A stretch of DNA of 61,397 nucleotides, filler included. It is 6 parts of 6 records of this genome, joined end to end, with 100 filler letters (N's around TTAATTAATTAA, not from the genome) between each part and the next. Parts side by side here need not be neighbours in the genome. Positions count along the whole stretch, not along the records: positions 37,707 to 44,488 come from DRR723986_12525; positions 44,589 to 52,944 come from DRR723986_12526; 4 more parts are not named here. One strand, given 5' to 3'. The notes under the pieces are model-generated. The model made no database searches and had not been told where the DNA came from. It saw only the letters and a list, made by a program, of their open reading frames with translations. Shown in pieces: positions 39,785 through 49,418 of the stretch. The position numbers were made by a program, and so were the translations under genes. Numbering within the stretch: the first letter of the stretch is position 1; each line of letters starts with the position of its first letter.

Positions 39785-40291
39785 CTACCCAGTAAATGCA
39801 GATATCATTCTGTCAATGTCAACTTTGTACATAAATGCCACAAACAGCACAGCCACAACAAAAAGCAGGATGGCATTAATGATCCAGTAGTACACGTTGG
39901 GTTTAACTTCCAGTAGCGCATTTTCCGGGTCTGTGGGGTCTACATATGCAAGTGCTTCGGCACCAAGTGGATAACGCGCAAGGATTTTGCGGACAGGATT
40001 GATGGTAGAACTGGTAATCCGTTTTTCCGTCACCTGATCACAGGCGTAGGTAACACCATCCAGGGTATATTCATAGTGCACCTGCGGCTCGTATAGTGTT
40101 TTAAACTTCGTCTCAAGGTTAAGTCGCGATTCAACCATATCGGAGCCAATAATACGCACCCTGACCCTCGGCCAGTTTTTAGGTGCATTTTTGTGTTTAT
40201 ACATACGCCACAACACAAAACAGAATACGCCGAGCGCTGCAAATGCACCCAGAAAAACGATATAACCACCGATAATTATCAACTCAGGCAT
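39785..40291 (-). CDS. DUF3592-like membrane protein (copy 2)
   Basis: TM, then WPRV..I..S, YEYTLDGVTY, YPLG…YVDPTDP..A.L, then TM. Confidence 0.8.
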   Translation of the reverse strand: MPELIIIGGYIVFLGAFAALGVFCFVLWRMYKHKNAPKNWPRVRVRIIGSDMVESRLNLETKFKTLYEPQVHYEYTLDGVTYACDQVTEKRITSSTINPVRKILARYPLGAEALAYVDPTDPENALLEVKPNVYYWIINAILLFVVAVLFVAFMYKVDIDRMISAFTG

Positions 40292-40429
40292 TGTTTAAGT
40301 CCTACGTATCATGGCAAATTAACAGTGTTCCGCGGGCTAAGGCTATTTGTTTACAGAAGTAGTAATATACGTAAAACACCAGAAAAACAGCTTCGATGGT
40401 GGTCATGGATACCAGGAATCAACAGGTGC

Positions 40430-40921
40430 CTATTTAAGTGCACTAATGATCATGATGACAAGCAGGGGAATAATAGCGATTCCAAACATGATCCCAACAA
40501 GTGTCATGCCCAGGCCGGCGTTGCGTGCATACGACTCCAGGAATGCGTCGGCCGGATTTGCGGGATCAACATAGGCAGCTAATCGTTTGCCAACGGGATA
40601 GTGCTTCTTGACACCTTCCGCGATAGTTTTGCGCGGCTGGAATTTCCCCTCTGCCATTACTGTGTCACAGCGGTAGGTCTGATCGTTTAACTCATACTCG
40701 TATTCGATTTTGGCGTGGTAGCTGGGCTTGCGGTTCTCGTTAGGAGTCTCGACGACTTCGGACGTAACAATAACGGCTTTAACTTTAATGTGCCCGGCAC
40801 TTTTTTTTTTGTTTCTGAGGATCCAGCCAATCAAGAATATTAGCTGCAGAACCACCAGGACCAGGTGTATTTCTTGCCAAATGATCGAGTCGCCCATGAA
40901 AACACCCAGAGATTCAGGCAA
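40430..40921 (-). CDS. DUF3592-like membrane protein (copy 1)
   Basis: TM, then YEYELNDQTY and YPVG…YVDPANP..AFL, then TM; start uncertain. Confidence 0.78.
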   Translation of the reverse strand: MPESLGVFMGDSIIWQEIHLVLVVLQLIFLIGWILRNKKKSAGHIKVKAVIVTSEVVETPNENRKPSYHAKIEYEYELNDQTYRCDTVMAEGKFQPRKTIAEGVKKHYPVGKRLAAYVDPANPADAFLESYARNAGLGMTLVGIMFGIAIIPLLVIMIISALK

Positions 40922-40944
40922 AGACTTTTGCCGGAACTTAGATT

Positions 40945-40987
40945 AAAAAAAACGGAGGCCAGTGAAGAGTATTCAATGGCCCCCGTT
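40945..40987 (-). terminator. Rho-independent terminator of the large secreted-protein gene
   Basis: Minus strand AACGGGGGCCA…TGGCCTCCGTT followed by a T-run. Confidence 0.75.
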
Positions 40988-41038
40988 GTTGTTTTCCTCT
41001 AAAGCTAGCATACTTCCAGCAATGAAACAAGCAAGTGT

Positions 41039-44000
41039 TTAGCGTATGACATTAACGCGAATGAGTTGCCGTGTCACTGTCCCACTCTTGGCATCGGTGG
41101 CCTCAACTGTCAACAGATATACACCAACAGGCAGTTCGGCACCATTTTCCATGTGAGTCGGCCAATCAATGGAATGCGCGCCATCTTCAAACACTTGATC
41201 ACTGATGCTGCTAATGTGGCGGCCGTTGATATCCGTTAAGTTTATACGTACACCGGATTTTGCAGCCAATTCAAACTGAATGACAGCTGCATCTTCCACC
41301 GGGTTTGGCGCGAGCTGTACCCACAGTTGTGTAGCTGTTGCTGCGCTCTGCGCCTGGCTACCTGCAAGCCCCAGTTTATTGGGCTGAATCATGATGTTTA
41401 CCGTGGCCGTTGAACTGCCACCAAAGCCGTCATCAATTGTATAGGTGAACTGATCCGCTCCGCCAGTAACACCGGCGTCATAGCTGACTGTTGTACCACC
41501 ACCACTAATTGTCGCCGTACCCAGCGTGCCGTCAGTTTTGGCAGAGATAGTCAGGCTGTGTCCGTCATAATCCAGATCATTGTTAAGTACCGAAATAATG
41601 CTCGTCAGGCCTGCGCCGACGGGTGCCGCCACATCGGCTTCAGCGACTGGAATGCGGTTGCGGTATAGACTTGCAACTGCATTATCGCGCGCACCGGCGC
41701 TGTAGGCATAGTCGCTCTTGGGCGCAAGCGCAACTTCGGTGACTCCGCGCAGGCCGTCAAACCCGCCGACGCCGTCTTTAACACGTTCGCGGAAACTCAA
41801 CTCGCCGTCGTCCAGGTCGCGATCCAGCAAGACCACCGAATTTTCGGAAGCAGATGCCACCCATACATGGCAACCGTCGGGACTGCTAACAACAGAATTG
41901 GGATTGTTCATCCCCACAATCCCACCACTGCCGTTGAGATAGCGCTCAATGAATGTTAACACACCGGAACCGGCATTGCGATCAAAGCGCGCAACTGCAT
42001 TGTCACCAAAACCGGCAACGTAAACCTGCGCGCCGTCAGGGCTGACCGCCACGTCAATCGCATCTGCCAGACCGTCAACGCCCAAAATGCCATCGCGGAA
42101 ACGCGTCGAATATGTTAAAGTACCGTCACCGGTATTGCGGTCAAACACCGCCAGAGCATCTTCGCCGGAACCGGCAACAAATACCTGTTTACCATCAGGG
42201 CTGACTGCGAGCCCCAGCGGCTGGCGCATGCCATCCACACCGGCAGCCCCGTCTTTGAATGTAGCAACATATGAGACATTAGCATTTGAGCTGCTGACTG
42301 TAAAGTGCGACACCGAGTTGTCAGAAAATCCAGTCACGTAGATGTCACTGCCGTCAGGACTCAGCGCCAACGCACGCGGGCGCTTTAAGCCTGAAATTGT
42401 TTTACCGCCATCCATCTGGCCGCGGCGCTTGCGTTCCACAAATGTTAAGCTGCCCGTACTCGAATTCCGGTCGAAAATTGCCAAGGCATTTTCGCTGAAG
42501 CCGGTAGCGTATACACGTGAACCGTCGGAACTGACAGCCAGATCGGTGATGTATTTTATGCCGCGCACGCCGCCGGAGCCCAATCGCACACGCCGCAGAT
42601 ATGTCATTGTACCGTCGGATTGATTGCGCTCAAAAATGGCAATCGAATGATCGCGCCGGCCACCGGCATACACGTGTTTGCCATCGGGCGAAACCGCTAC
42701 GCTCTGAACATCTCTTAACCCGCGCACACCGGCACTGCGGTCTTTCTCGCGTTCCACGTAGTAAATGTTAACCTCAGGACAACTAACATTTACAACCGTA
42801 ACAGACAGCGAAGTCGTCGCCTGGCAGCCTGCCGAGTTTTCAACCGTATAATCAAAACTATCGACACCACTGAAACCGGGGAATGGCGTGTACACAATCT
42901 CACTCCCCGCATAGCTTACGGTTCCATCAGAAGGTGTATCAACGCTCACAATCGTGAGGCCCGGCCCCAGGTCATTCGCCAGGACATTTGTGGTTACGGT
43001 GCCTTCGGTGCTGTTGGCCGTATCGGCTGTGGCCTGAATCTGCGTTACCGTTCCGGCACTATAACTGGCCGAGGTCTCGCAGCCGCCCGCATACGTCCGG
43101 TTTACAGTTACACTGCCGCTTGTACCTACGGACCACAGAACTTCAACCTGTTCCGTGCCCTGCCCGCTCTGGATTGTTCCACCTGTTATGCTCCAGACAA
43201 TGCTCGCGCCGCTGGTACTGGGCACGGCCTGGTATGTTAAGATTTCATTGCTGCAGTTGCCCGTTGTACCGCTGATACTTACACCTGGGAAGACATCAAT
43301 TAGCGCCGTAGTTGTTCCCTTGGGTGTAGCAAAACTCAAAGTCAATGAGCCCGCAGTACTAATCGCGCCAGCCGGAAGTGTTAAGTCAAGTTTTTGAGAG
43401 CTAAGCTGCGAAGTCGCCAGAGTCACACTACCCGCCGGAATGCCGCCGCTATCCAGCAGCTGCACCTGCGCATTCGTCACTGCCAGGTCATAACCACAGA
43501 TCGTAACAGTCTGCGCCGTGGAACTTGTTAAGACACAAACCGGACTGTATGCTGTCACCTGCGGTGCCTGCTGGTTCAGCCAAATTTCGTCGGCCTGGTT
43601 AAGCGCGTTGGCCATAATTGCATCCAGGTCACCGTCGTTGTCAACATCACCCATCGCAACGCCAAAAGTTGAACCGCCGCCTATCTGCGGCTGCGAGGCA
43701 AAAGTGCCGTCGCCATTGTTAAGCCACAAGCCCTGCGCCGAACTAAACGTATGCCCAACGATAATGTCAAGGTCGCCGTCGGCATCCAAATCCCCCAGGT
43801 CAACAGCTTCGCCTTGATTCGAGCCAAAAGTCGTTAGCGCAAAACTGCCGGAGCCGTCGTTGATTGCCCGAAGCTGCGGACGGCCATACCGTGCAATCAC
43901 AGCATCCAGATCGCCATCGCCGTCCAGGTCACCAAGCGCTACATCTTGCGCGCGGTCAGTGCCAAAAGATCCCGAGGAAGGGAAACTCCCGCTGCCATCG

Positions 44001-44488
44001 TTAAAGAAGACCGAAACGCCCGAATTATAATTCGTAATCAGTACGTCAAAATCACCGTCGCCGTCAATATCACCGATATCGGCTTTGGAACTGTTGCCGG
44101 AACCAAAACTCGCCGAACTGAACGTTGCGTCGCCGTTGTTGAACCAAATGAAATTTGCTGCGCCCGCACCACCGGCCGCGGCGGTAAGTACAACGTCAAG
44201 ATCGCCGTCCCCATCCATATCTGCTATCGCGGCGTCTTTGCCGTTCCCAGAACCAAATGCCGACGAGGTGAACGTAGCATCACCGTTGTTTAACCAAATC
44301 TGGTGTGAGTTAAATCCGGCAATCACTGCGTCCAGATCACCGTCGCCATCCAGATCGCCCATACCGATTCCGGACGCGATACTGCCGCCAAATTTAGAAC
44401 TGGTAAAGGTTCCGTCGCCATTGCCGAGCCATACCCGGCTGCCGTAATTTTCAGCCAGAATCGCATCCAGATCACCGTCGCCATCCAG
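41039..44488 (-). CDS. Large secreted protein: FG-GAP/VCBS repeats, Ig-like domains, lactonase-type beta-propeller, T9SS-like C-terminal domain; 5'-truncated
   Basis: Repeated GD(L/I/V)DGDGDLD and (V/L)S(P/S)DG..VY blades, NVLAND…D.F.YT Ig repeats, C-terminal APNP…GVY; frame open to the contig end. Confidence 0.85.
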   Translation of the reverse strand: MDGDGDLDAILAENYGSRVWLGNGDGTFTSSKFGGSIASGIGMGDLDGDGDLDAVIAGFNSHQIWLNNGDATFTSSAFGSGNGKDAAIADMDGDGDLDVVLTAAAGGAGAANFIWFNNGDATFSSASFGSGNSSKADIGDIDGDGDFDVLITNYNSGVSVFFNDGSGSFPSSGSFGTDRAQDVALGDLDGDGDLDAVIARYGRPQLRAINDGSGSFALTTFGSNQGEAVDLGDLDADGDLDIIVGHTFSSAQGLWLNNGDGTFASQPQIGGGSTFGVAMGDVDNDGDLDAIMANALNQADEIWLNQQAPQVTAYSPVCVLTSSTAQTVTICGYDLAVTNAQVQLLDSGGIPAGSVTLATSQLSSQKLDLTLPAGAISTAGSLTLSFATPKGTTTALIDVFPGVSISGTTGNCSNEILTYQAVPSTSGASIVWSITGGTIQSGQGTEQVEVLWSVGTSGSVTVNRTYAGGCETSASYSAGTVTQIQATADTANSTEGTVTTNVLANDLGPGLTIVSVDTPSDGTVSYAGSEIVYTPFPGFSGVDSFDYTVENSAGCQATTSLSVTVVNVSCPEVNIYYVEREKDRSAGVRGLRDVQSVAVSPDGKHVYAGGRRDHSIAIFERNQSDGTMTYLRRVRLGSGGVRGIKYITDLAVSSDGSRVYATGFSENALAIFDRNSSTGSLTFVERKRRGQMDGGKTISGLKRPRALALSPDGSDIYVTGFSDNSVSHFTVSSSNANVSYVATFKDGAAGVDGMRQPLGLAVSPDGKQVFVAGSGEDALAVFDRNTGDGTLTYSTRFRDGILGVDGLADAIDVAVSPDGAQVYVAGFGDNAVARFDRNAGSGVLTFIERYLNGSGGIVGMNNPNSVVSSPDGCHVWVASASENSVVLLDRDLDDGELSFRERVKDGVGGFDGLRGVTEVALAPKSDYAYSAGARDNAVASLYRNRIPVAEADVAAPVGAGLTSIISVLNNDLDYDGHSLTISAKTDGTLGTATISGGGTTVSYDAGVTGGADQFTYTIDDGFGGSSTATVNIMIQPNKLGLAGSQAQSAATATQLWVQLAPNPVEDAAVIQFELAAKSGVRINLTDINGRHISSISDQVFEDGAHSIDWPTHMENGAELPVGVYLLTVEATDAKSGTVTRQLIRVNVIR

Positions 44489-44588
44489 NNNNNNNNNNNN
44501 NNNNNNNNNNNNNNNNNNNNNNNNNNNNNNNNTTAATTAATTAANNNNNNNNNNNNNNNNNNNNNNNNNNNNNNNNNNNNNNNNNNNN
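44489..44588. other. Artificial contig spacer
   Basis: N-run + TTAATTAATTAA + N-run. Confidence 0.98.
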
Positions 44589-44590
44589 AC

Positions 44591-44815
44591 CGCTACGGGC
44601 TGGACGCCGAAAAGCTGGCGAAAGCCGCGCCGGACGCCATCGTGATGCACCCCGGCCCGATGAACCGCGGGGTGGAGATCGACGGCACCATCGCCGATGA
44701 CATCAACCGTTCGGTGATTCAGGATCAGGTCGAGATGGGGGTCGCCGTCCGTATGGCGGTCATGGATCTTCTGGCGCGCAACCTGCGCGCGCACCCCAAG
44801 CAGGTCATGGCCTGA
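44591..44815 (+). CDS. pyrB: Aspartate carbamoyltransferase catalytic subunit, C-terminal fragment
   Basis: Manual translation RYGLDAEKL…[16 protein letters not shown]…[11 protein letters not shown], stop at 44815 (not in the ORF track). Confidence 0.93.
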   Translation, partial: RYGLDAEKLAKAAPDAIVMHPGPMNRGVEIDGTIADDINRSVIQDQVEMGVAVRMAVMDLLARNLRAHPKQVMA

Positions 44816-44910
44816 ACCATATGCGCCTGCGTCAAAACACGTGGGTGACGCGTCCTCATTTATGCCACGATATTTGCCCAGAAGCCCTTTCGAACCAGCA
44901 AAAGGCCCGC

Positions 44911-45453
44911 ATGACCCAAGTCCCGATCAACGGATCCGATACCGAGACCGTGCACCTGTTCCACCTCGACCTGCCCTCCGAGGCGGTCGAGCGCTTCACC
45001 ACCATGGCCGGCACCGGCGAATGGCCGCTGAAATACGGCCTTGGCGCCACGAAGCTGCGCCCCGGTTTCGTGGAGACGGTGCGCCTGCGCGACCTCGCCC
45101 CCATGCCGCTCTCGCAGTATCTCTCCGAGGCCTACGCCCTCCCCGCGCGGGCGCTGGCGGCGGATCGTGAACGGATCGACGCCCTGACCGGGCATGTGGT
45201 GGTGCTTCCGCCTCAGGCCTTCGACAACACCTCGCAGACGCTGTCCCCGGCGGCGCCGCTGCGCTGGATCGGTTCCTACGGCAGCCATGCCGCAGCCTCG
45301 AAGGGCGCGCCGTTGCGCAGCGAGAGCGCCCGCGGCATTCTTGGCGGCGGCGGCCCCGGCACCCCGGGACGGGGTACCTCTGCCGTGCTGAAGCTCGTGC
45401 TGGTCGGCATCGGCATCCTGATCCTGCTCGTGTTGATGCTGGCCCTGCGATGA
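44911..45453 (+). CDS. Hypothetical protein with C-terminal TM anchor
   Basis: High-GC3 codon usage and a hydrophobic C-terminus; ATGA overlap with the next gene. Confidence 0.7.
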   Translation: MTQVPINGSDTETVHLFHLDLPSEAVERFTTMAGTGEWPLKYGLGATKLRPGFVETVRLRDLAPMPLSQYLSEAYALPARALAADRERIDALTGHVVVLPPQAFDNTSQTLSPAAPLRWIGSYGSHAAASKGAPLRSESARGILGGGGPGTPGRGTSAVLKLVLVGIGILILLVLMLALR

Positions 45454-46043
45454 CGCCCCCGCCCGGCTGGGAGGATATTCTCGATCCCGGCGAGACCCTG
45501 CTTTGGCAGGGCCGCCCGGACCCCGGCCCCGCCTTCCGCCCGCAACACCCGATTCAGGTCTTCATGGGCGTTTTCTTCGTCGTCTTCTCGACCGTCTGGA
45601 TCAAGCTGGCCTTCTGGATCACCGACGGCTTTCCCGACGACATGGGCGGGCTGCCAGACATCTTCCCCTACTTCGGCGTCCTGTTCCTCTGTGTGGGCAT
45701 CTACATGGCGGGCGGGTTCGTGCTCTGGGACATGCTGCGCCTGCGCCGGACCACCTACACGCTGACCGACCGCCGCGCCTTCATCGCCACCGACCTGCCG
45801 ATGCAGGGCCGCAAGCTGCGCTTCTGGCCGCTGGACGCGGACACCCGGCTGACCCTCGACGACGGCGACCCGGGCAGCGTGTGGTTCGCGTGGAAAGAGG
45901 TCCGGTGGCGGAGCAACCGCTCCTTGCACTCGGTGAAGACGCAAGAGGTCCCGGTCGGCTTCGAACGCATCGCGGAGGCGCGCCGCGTCTACCGCATGAT
46001 GCGCGACATCACCCGCGGCGACGGAGATGAAGCGCCGCGTTGA
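45450..46043 (+). CDS. Hypothetical membrane protein (two TM helices plus bacterial PH-like domain)
   Basis: L.PGE.LLWQGRP, two TM helices and Y.LTDRRA. Confidence 0.72.
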   Translation: MTPPPGWEDILDPGETLLWQGRPDPGPAFRPQHPIQVFMGVFFVVFSTVWIKLAFWITDGFPDDMGGLPDIFPYFGVLFLCVGIYMAGGFVLWDMLRLRRTTYTLTDRRAFIATDLPMQGRKLRFWPLDADTRLTLDDGDPGSVWFAWKEVRWRSNRSLHSVKTQEVPVGFERIAEARRVYRMMRDITRGDGDEAPR

Positions 46044-46464
46044 GGCGGCACGGCATGACGGTCCGGCGGGCGCGACGGGGGACAGCACGCCCCAGCCGCG
46101 ACGCGTCTGACTGCGCTTCGCCGCACATCCGGTCTGGGCCCGCCTGCGGCCTGTCCCCAAGGGCCACGCCCCGCCCGATCCCCGCCGCCTTGGCCTGCGG
46201 CTGGGGGTCTTCCCAAGTCACGGCGGCGTCGAAAGGCGCCTTCGCTGCCCCCGTTGACGGGCACGGCCTTGGTGATCCTCGCGATCCCCACCGCCTTAGC
46301 TGCCGGCCCCGGCGGGCTTATGGTTCCCTTATCGTCCCGGCGGGCGCCCGATCCGGCGCGATGGGCCCCGCCTCTGGCCCTGCCCCCGTCCCGCCAGAGC
46401 GGCTTTCCCCGCGCGGCGATTTGGCCTAGAGGAAGGGAAACCCTGCCGCTCTTCCGGAACCGCC

Positions 46465-47772
46465 ATGACCCAGACCGCCTTCGTGAACGCCCGCCTCATC
46501 GACCCCGAAGCGGACCGCGAGACAGAGGGCGCGGTCGTCGTCGTGGCGGATGGCGTCATCACCGAGATCTTCACCGAAGGCGCTGCCTTCGAGCGGTGGG
46601 TCGCGGCCGGTGCCCGGGGGGACCTGCTGCGGGTGGACTGCCGCGGCAAATGCCTTGCCCCGGGGATCGTGGACATCGGCGTGAAGGTCGGAGAGCCGGG
46701 CGAGCGGCACAAGGAAAGCTATGGCACCGCCGGGGCGGCGGCGGCGGCGGGCGGGGTCACGACCATCGTCACCCGCCCCGACACGCAGCCCGCGATCGAC
46801 ACGCCCGAGGTGCTGGATTATATCCGCCGCCGCGCCGTGGACGAGGCGCCTGTGCACGTCCTGCCGATGGCCGCGCTCACCAAGGGCCGCGACGGCCGCG
46901 AGATGACCGAGCTGGGCTTTCTCATGGACGCGGGGGCCGTGGCCTTCACCGACTGCGACCGCGTCGTGCGCGACGCCAAGGTCCTGTCGCGCGCCCTGAC
47001 CTACGCCCGCTCGCTGGGCGCGCTGGTGATCGGCCACCCGCAGGAGCCGGGTCTGTCCGAGGGCGCGGCGGCGACTTCGGGCAAGTTCGCCTCGTTGCGG
47101 GGGCTGCCCTCCGTCTCGCCCATGGCCGAGCGCATGGGGCTGGACCGCGACATCGCGCTCGTCGAGATGACCGGCGTGCGCTATCACGCCGACCAGATCA
47201 CGACCGCGCGGGCGCTGCCGCCGCTGGAGCGGGCGAAGGCCAATGGCTTCGACGTCACGGCGGGCACCTCGATGCACCACCTCACCTTGAACGAGATGGA
47301 TCTGGCCGACTACCGGACCTTCTTCAAGGTCACGCCGCCGCTGCGGTCCGAGGAGGATCGCAAGGCCGTGGTCGAGGCGCTGCGCACCGGGCTGATCGAC
47401 ATCGTCGGAAGCTTCCACACCCCGCAGGACGAGGAATCGAAGCGGCTGCCTTTCGAAGAGGCGGCATCGGGCGCGGTGGGGCTGGAGACCATGCTGCCGG
47501 TGCTTCTGCGGCTTTACCATGCCGACGAGCTGAGCCTGCCCTGCCTGTTCCGCGCGCTGTCGCTGAACCCGGCCCGGCGGCTGGGGCTGGCCTGCGGACG
47601 GATGGCGGTGGGGGCGCCCGCCGACCTGGTGCTGTTCGACCCGGACAAGCCGGTGGTTCTGGACCGTTTCGCGCTGCGCTCGAAATCCAAGAACACACCC
47701 TTCGACAACGCCCGGCTTCAGGGCAAGGTGCTGGGGACATGGGTCCTTGGCAAACGCGTCTTCGAGGCCTGA
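46465..47772 (+). CDS. pyrC: Dihydroorotase-like protein, probably inactive PyrC'
   Basis: PG.VD…EPG, AAAGGVTT, KVTPPLR and SKSKNTPF; the metal-binding HxH reads GVK and the catalytic DHAP reads FHTP. Confidence 0.88.
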   Translation: MTQTAFVNARLIDPEADRETEGAVVVVADGVITEIFTEGAAFERWVAAGARGDLLRVDCRGKCLAPGIVDIGVKVGEPGERHKESYGTAGAAAAAGGVTTIVTRPDTQPAIDTPEVLDYIRRRAVDEAPVHVLPMAALTKGRDGREMTELGFLMDAGAVAFTDCDRVVRDAKVLSRALTYARSLGALVIGHPQEPGLSEGAAATSGKFASLRGLPSVSPMAERMGLDRDIALVEMTGVRYHADQITTARALPPLERAKANGFDVTAGTSMHHLTLNEMDLADYRTFFKVTPPLRSEEDRKAVVEALRTGLIDIVGSFHTPQDEESKRLPFEEAASGAVGLETMLPVLLRLYHADELSLPCLFRALSLNPARRLGLACGRMAVGAPADLVLFDPDKPVVLDRFALRSKSKNTPFDNARLQGKVLGTWVLGKRVFEA

Positions 47773-47783
47773 GGGAGGCTTTC

Positions 47784-48386
47784 ATGTTCGATACTCCGCT
47801 GTTGCTGGCGCTCACATGGGTGGTGCTGGGCTACCTCATGGGCTCCGTGCCGTTCGGCATCCTGATCACCCGTGCCATGGGGCTGGGCGACCTGCGCAGC
47901 ATCGGGTCGGGCAATATCGGCGCCACCAACGTCCTGCGCACCGGCAACAAGGGCGCGGCGGCGGCGACGCTGCTTCTGGACGGAGTCAAGGGGGCGCTGG
48001 CGGTGCTGCTGGCGGGCTGGATGACCGGGGACGGCGGCGCCATGCAGATCGCGGGCCTCGCGGCCTTCGTCGGGCACTGCTACCCGGTCTGGCTGAAGTT
48101 CAAAGGCGGCAAGGGCGTGGCGACCTTCCTTGGCGTCGTACTGGCGCTGAGTTGGCCGGTGGGGCTGGCCTGCTGCGCCATGTGGCTGCTGGCGGCGCTG
48201 GTGACGCGGATTTCCTCGGTGGGGGCGCTGGTGGGCGCGGCCTCTTCGACGGTCTGGATGTTCGCCTTCGCGCGGTGGGATTTGCTTCTGACCGGGACGA
48301 TCCTGACGCTGCTGGTCTATTGGCGGCACCGGGAGAACCTGCGGCGCCTCAAGGCCGGAACCGAGCCGAGGATCGGCAGGAAGTGA
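47784..48386 (+). CDS. plsY: Glycerol-3-phosphate acyltransferase PlsY
   Basis: GSGNIGATNVLR, GHCYP…FKGGKGVAT and RHRENL. Confidence 0.96.
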   Translation: MFDTPLLLALTWVVLGYLMGSVPFGILITRAMGLGDLRSIGSGNIGATNVLRTGNKGAAAATLLLDGVKGALAVLLAGWMTGDGGAMQIAGLAAFVGHCYPVWLKFKGGKGVATFLGVVLALSWPVGLACCAMWLLAALVTRISSVGALVGAASSTVWMFAFARWDLLLTGTILTLLVYWRHRENLRRLKAGTEPRIGRK

Positions 48387-48539
48387 TGCGCCTGCCGTTT
48401 GGTCGGGTGCGCGATGCCGGTCGGAATGACCGGGATCGCTGACGCCTGACGGGTTTCGCGCGCTGACAGGCGCGACCGGCGCGCCCTTCGGGCGAGGCCT
48501 TCCGGTGGATTTCGGCAGCGGCGTGGATGTGGCAGGGGT

Positions 48540-48600
48540 CGAGGGGGCTCTGCCCCCGCCTTCGGCCCCCCGGGATATTTTTTGGACAGAAGAAACGGGG
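48540..48600 (+). repeat. REP-like palindromic intergenic element
   Basis: GGGGGC-TCT-GCCCCC hairpin followed by CCCCCGGGATATTTTTGGACAGAAGAA, between convergent genes; resembles interspersed repeats I recall from Rhodobacteraceae. Confidence 0.5.
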
Positions 48601-48620
48601 GCGGTTGTCCGGCTTGGGGT

Positions 48621-49418
48621 TCAGGCGTGGGCGAGCGTCTCTGCGATGAGTTGCGCGACCGCCGCCGCGTGGGTCAGGGGCGCCATGTGGCCGGCTTCGG
48701 GAATGGTGACGTCCCGGGCCTTTGACAGCCGGGCCGCGAGCCCCCTGTGGATCGCGGCGATGACCGGGACCGTCTCGGCGCCGCGGATCAGGGTGACCGG
48801 GCAGGCGAGGGCTTCGAGGCGGCCTGGCGCGAGCATCCCATGGCTGTCCTGCCAGAGGCTGGGTTCCGTGGCGGCGACGAAGGGCATCCGCGCGGCCATG
48901 TCCTTTCGCACCTTTTCGGGAAAGCTCTCCCACGGGATGCCGCCGCCCCAGAGGCGGTTGAAGGTTCGGGCGGCGGCGAGGTGGTCGCCGCTGGTGTAGG
49001 CGTCGAAGAAGGGCTGTTCCCGCGCCCGGTGCGCGTCGTGTTCAGCGCTCTCCTGGGCGGCGGCGAAGAAGACCGGCTCTATCAGGGTGAGGGACGCGGG
49101 CGGTTCCGCCGCCTCGAGCGCGAGGCGCAGCGCCAACGTCGCGCCGAAGCTGTGGCCCGCGAGGTGCATTCCCGGCTCGACGAAGGGGCGCAGCGCCTCT
49201 GTCGCGCTGTCGTGCACGTCCTGCCCGTCGGGGAAGGGGTCGCTTCGGCCATGGCCCGGCAGGTCCGGCGCGACGAGGGTGGCTTTGGCCGCCAGGGCCT
49301 CGGCGACACCTTTCCAGAGGCCGGACTGCCCGAGGCCGCAGTGCAGCGCCAGCACGCGGGCGGGGCCGGCGCCAAGGCTGCGGTGGGCGATCCGGGGCAG
49401 GCCCCCGTCGCGGGGCAT
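48621..49418 (-). CDS. Alpha/beta-fold hydrolase
   Basis: DLPGHG, GHSFG nucleophile elbow and AGHM. Confidence 0.92.
   Translation of the reverse strand: MPRDGGLPRIAHRSLGAGPARVLALHCGLGQSGLWKGVAEALAAKATLVAPDLPGHGRSDPFPDGQDVHDSATEALRPFVEPGMHLAGHSFGATLALRLALEAAEPPASLTLIEPVFFAAAQESAEHDAHRAREQPFFDAYTSGDHLAAARTFNRLWGGGIPWESFPEKVRKDMAARMPFVAATEPSLWQDSHGMLAPGRLEALACPVTLIRGAETVPVIAAIHRGLAARLSKARDVTIPEAGHMAPLTHAAAVAQLIAETLAHA

Noticed and set aside
43560-44488. Recurrent DNA repeats such as TCCAGATCACCGTCGCCATCCAG
   Set aside because: They encode the FG-GAP LDGDGDLD protein repeats; not a DGR or CRISPR, and no reverse transcriptase is present.
46254-48386. 710-aa ORF apparently fusing a long N-terminal region to PlsY
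   Set aside because: The N-terminal part is a GC-rich shadow frame over pyrC; plsY has its own RBS (GGAGG) and ATG at 47784.
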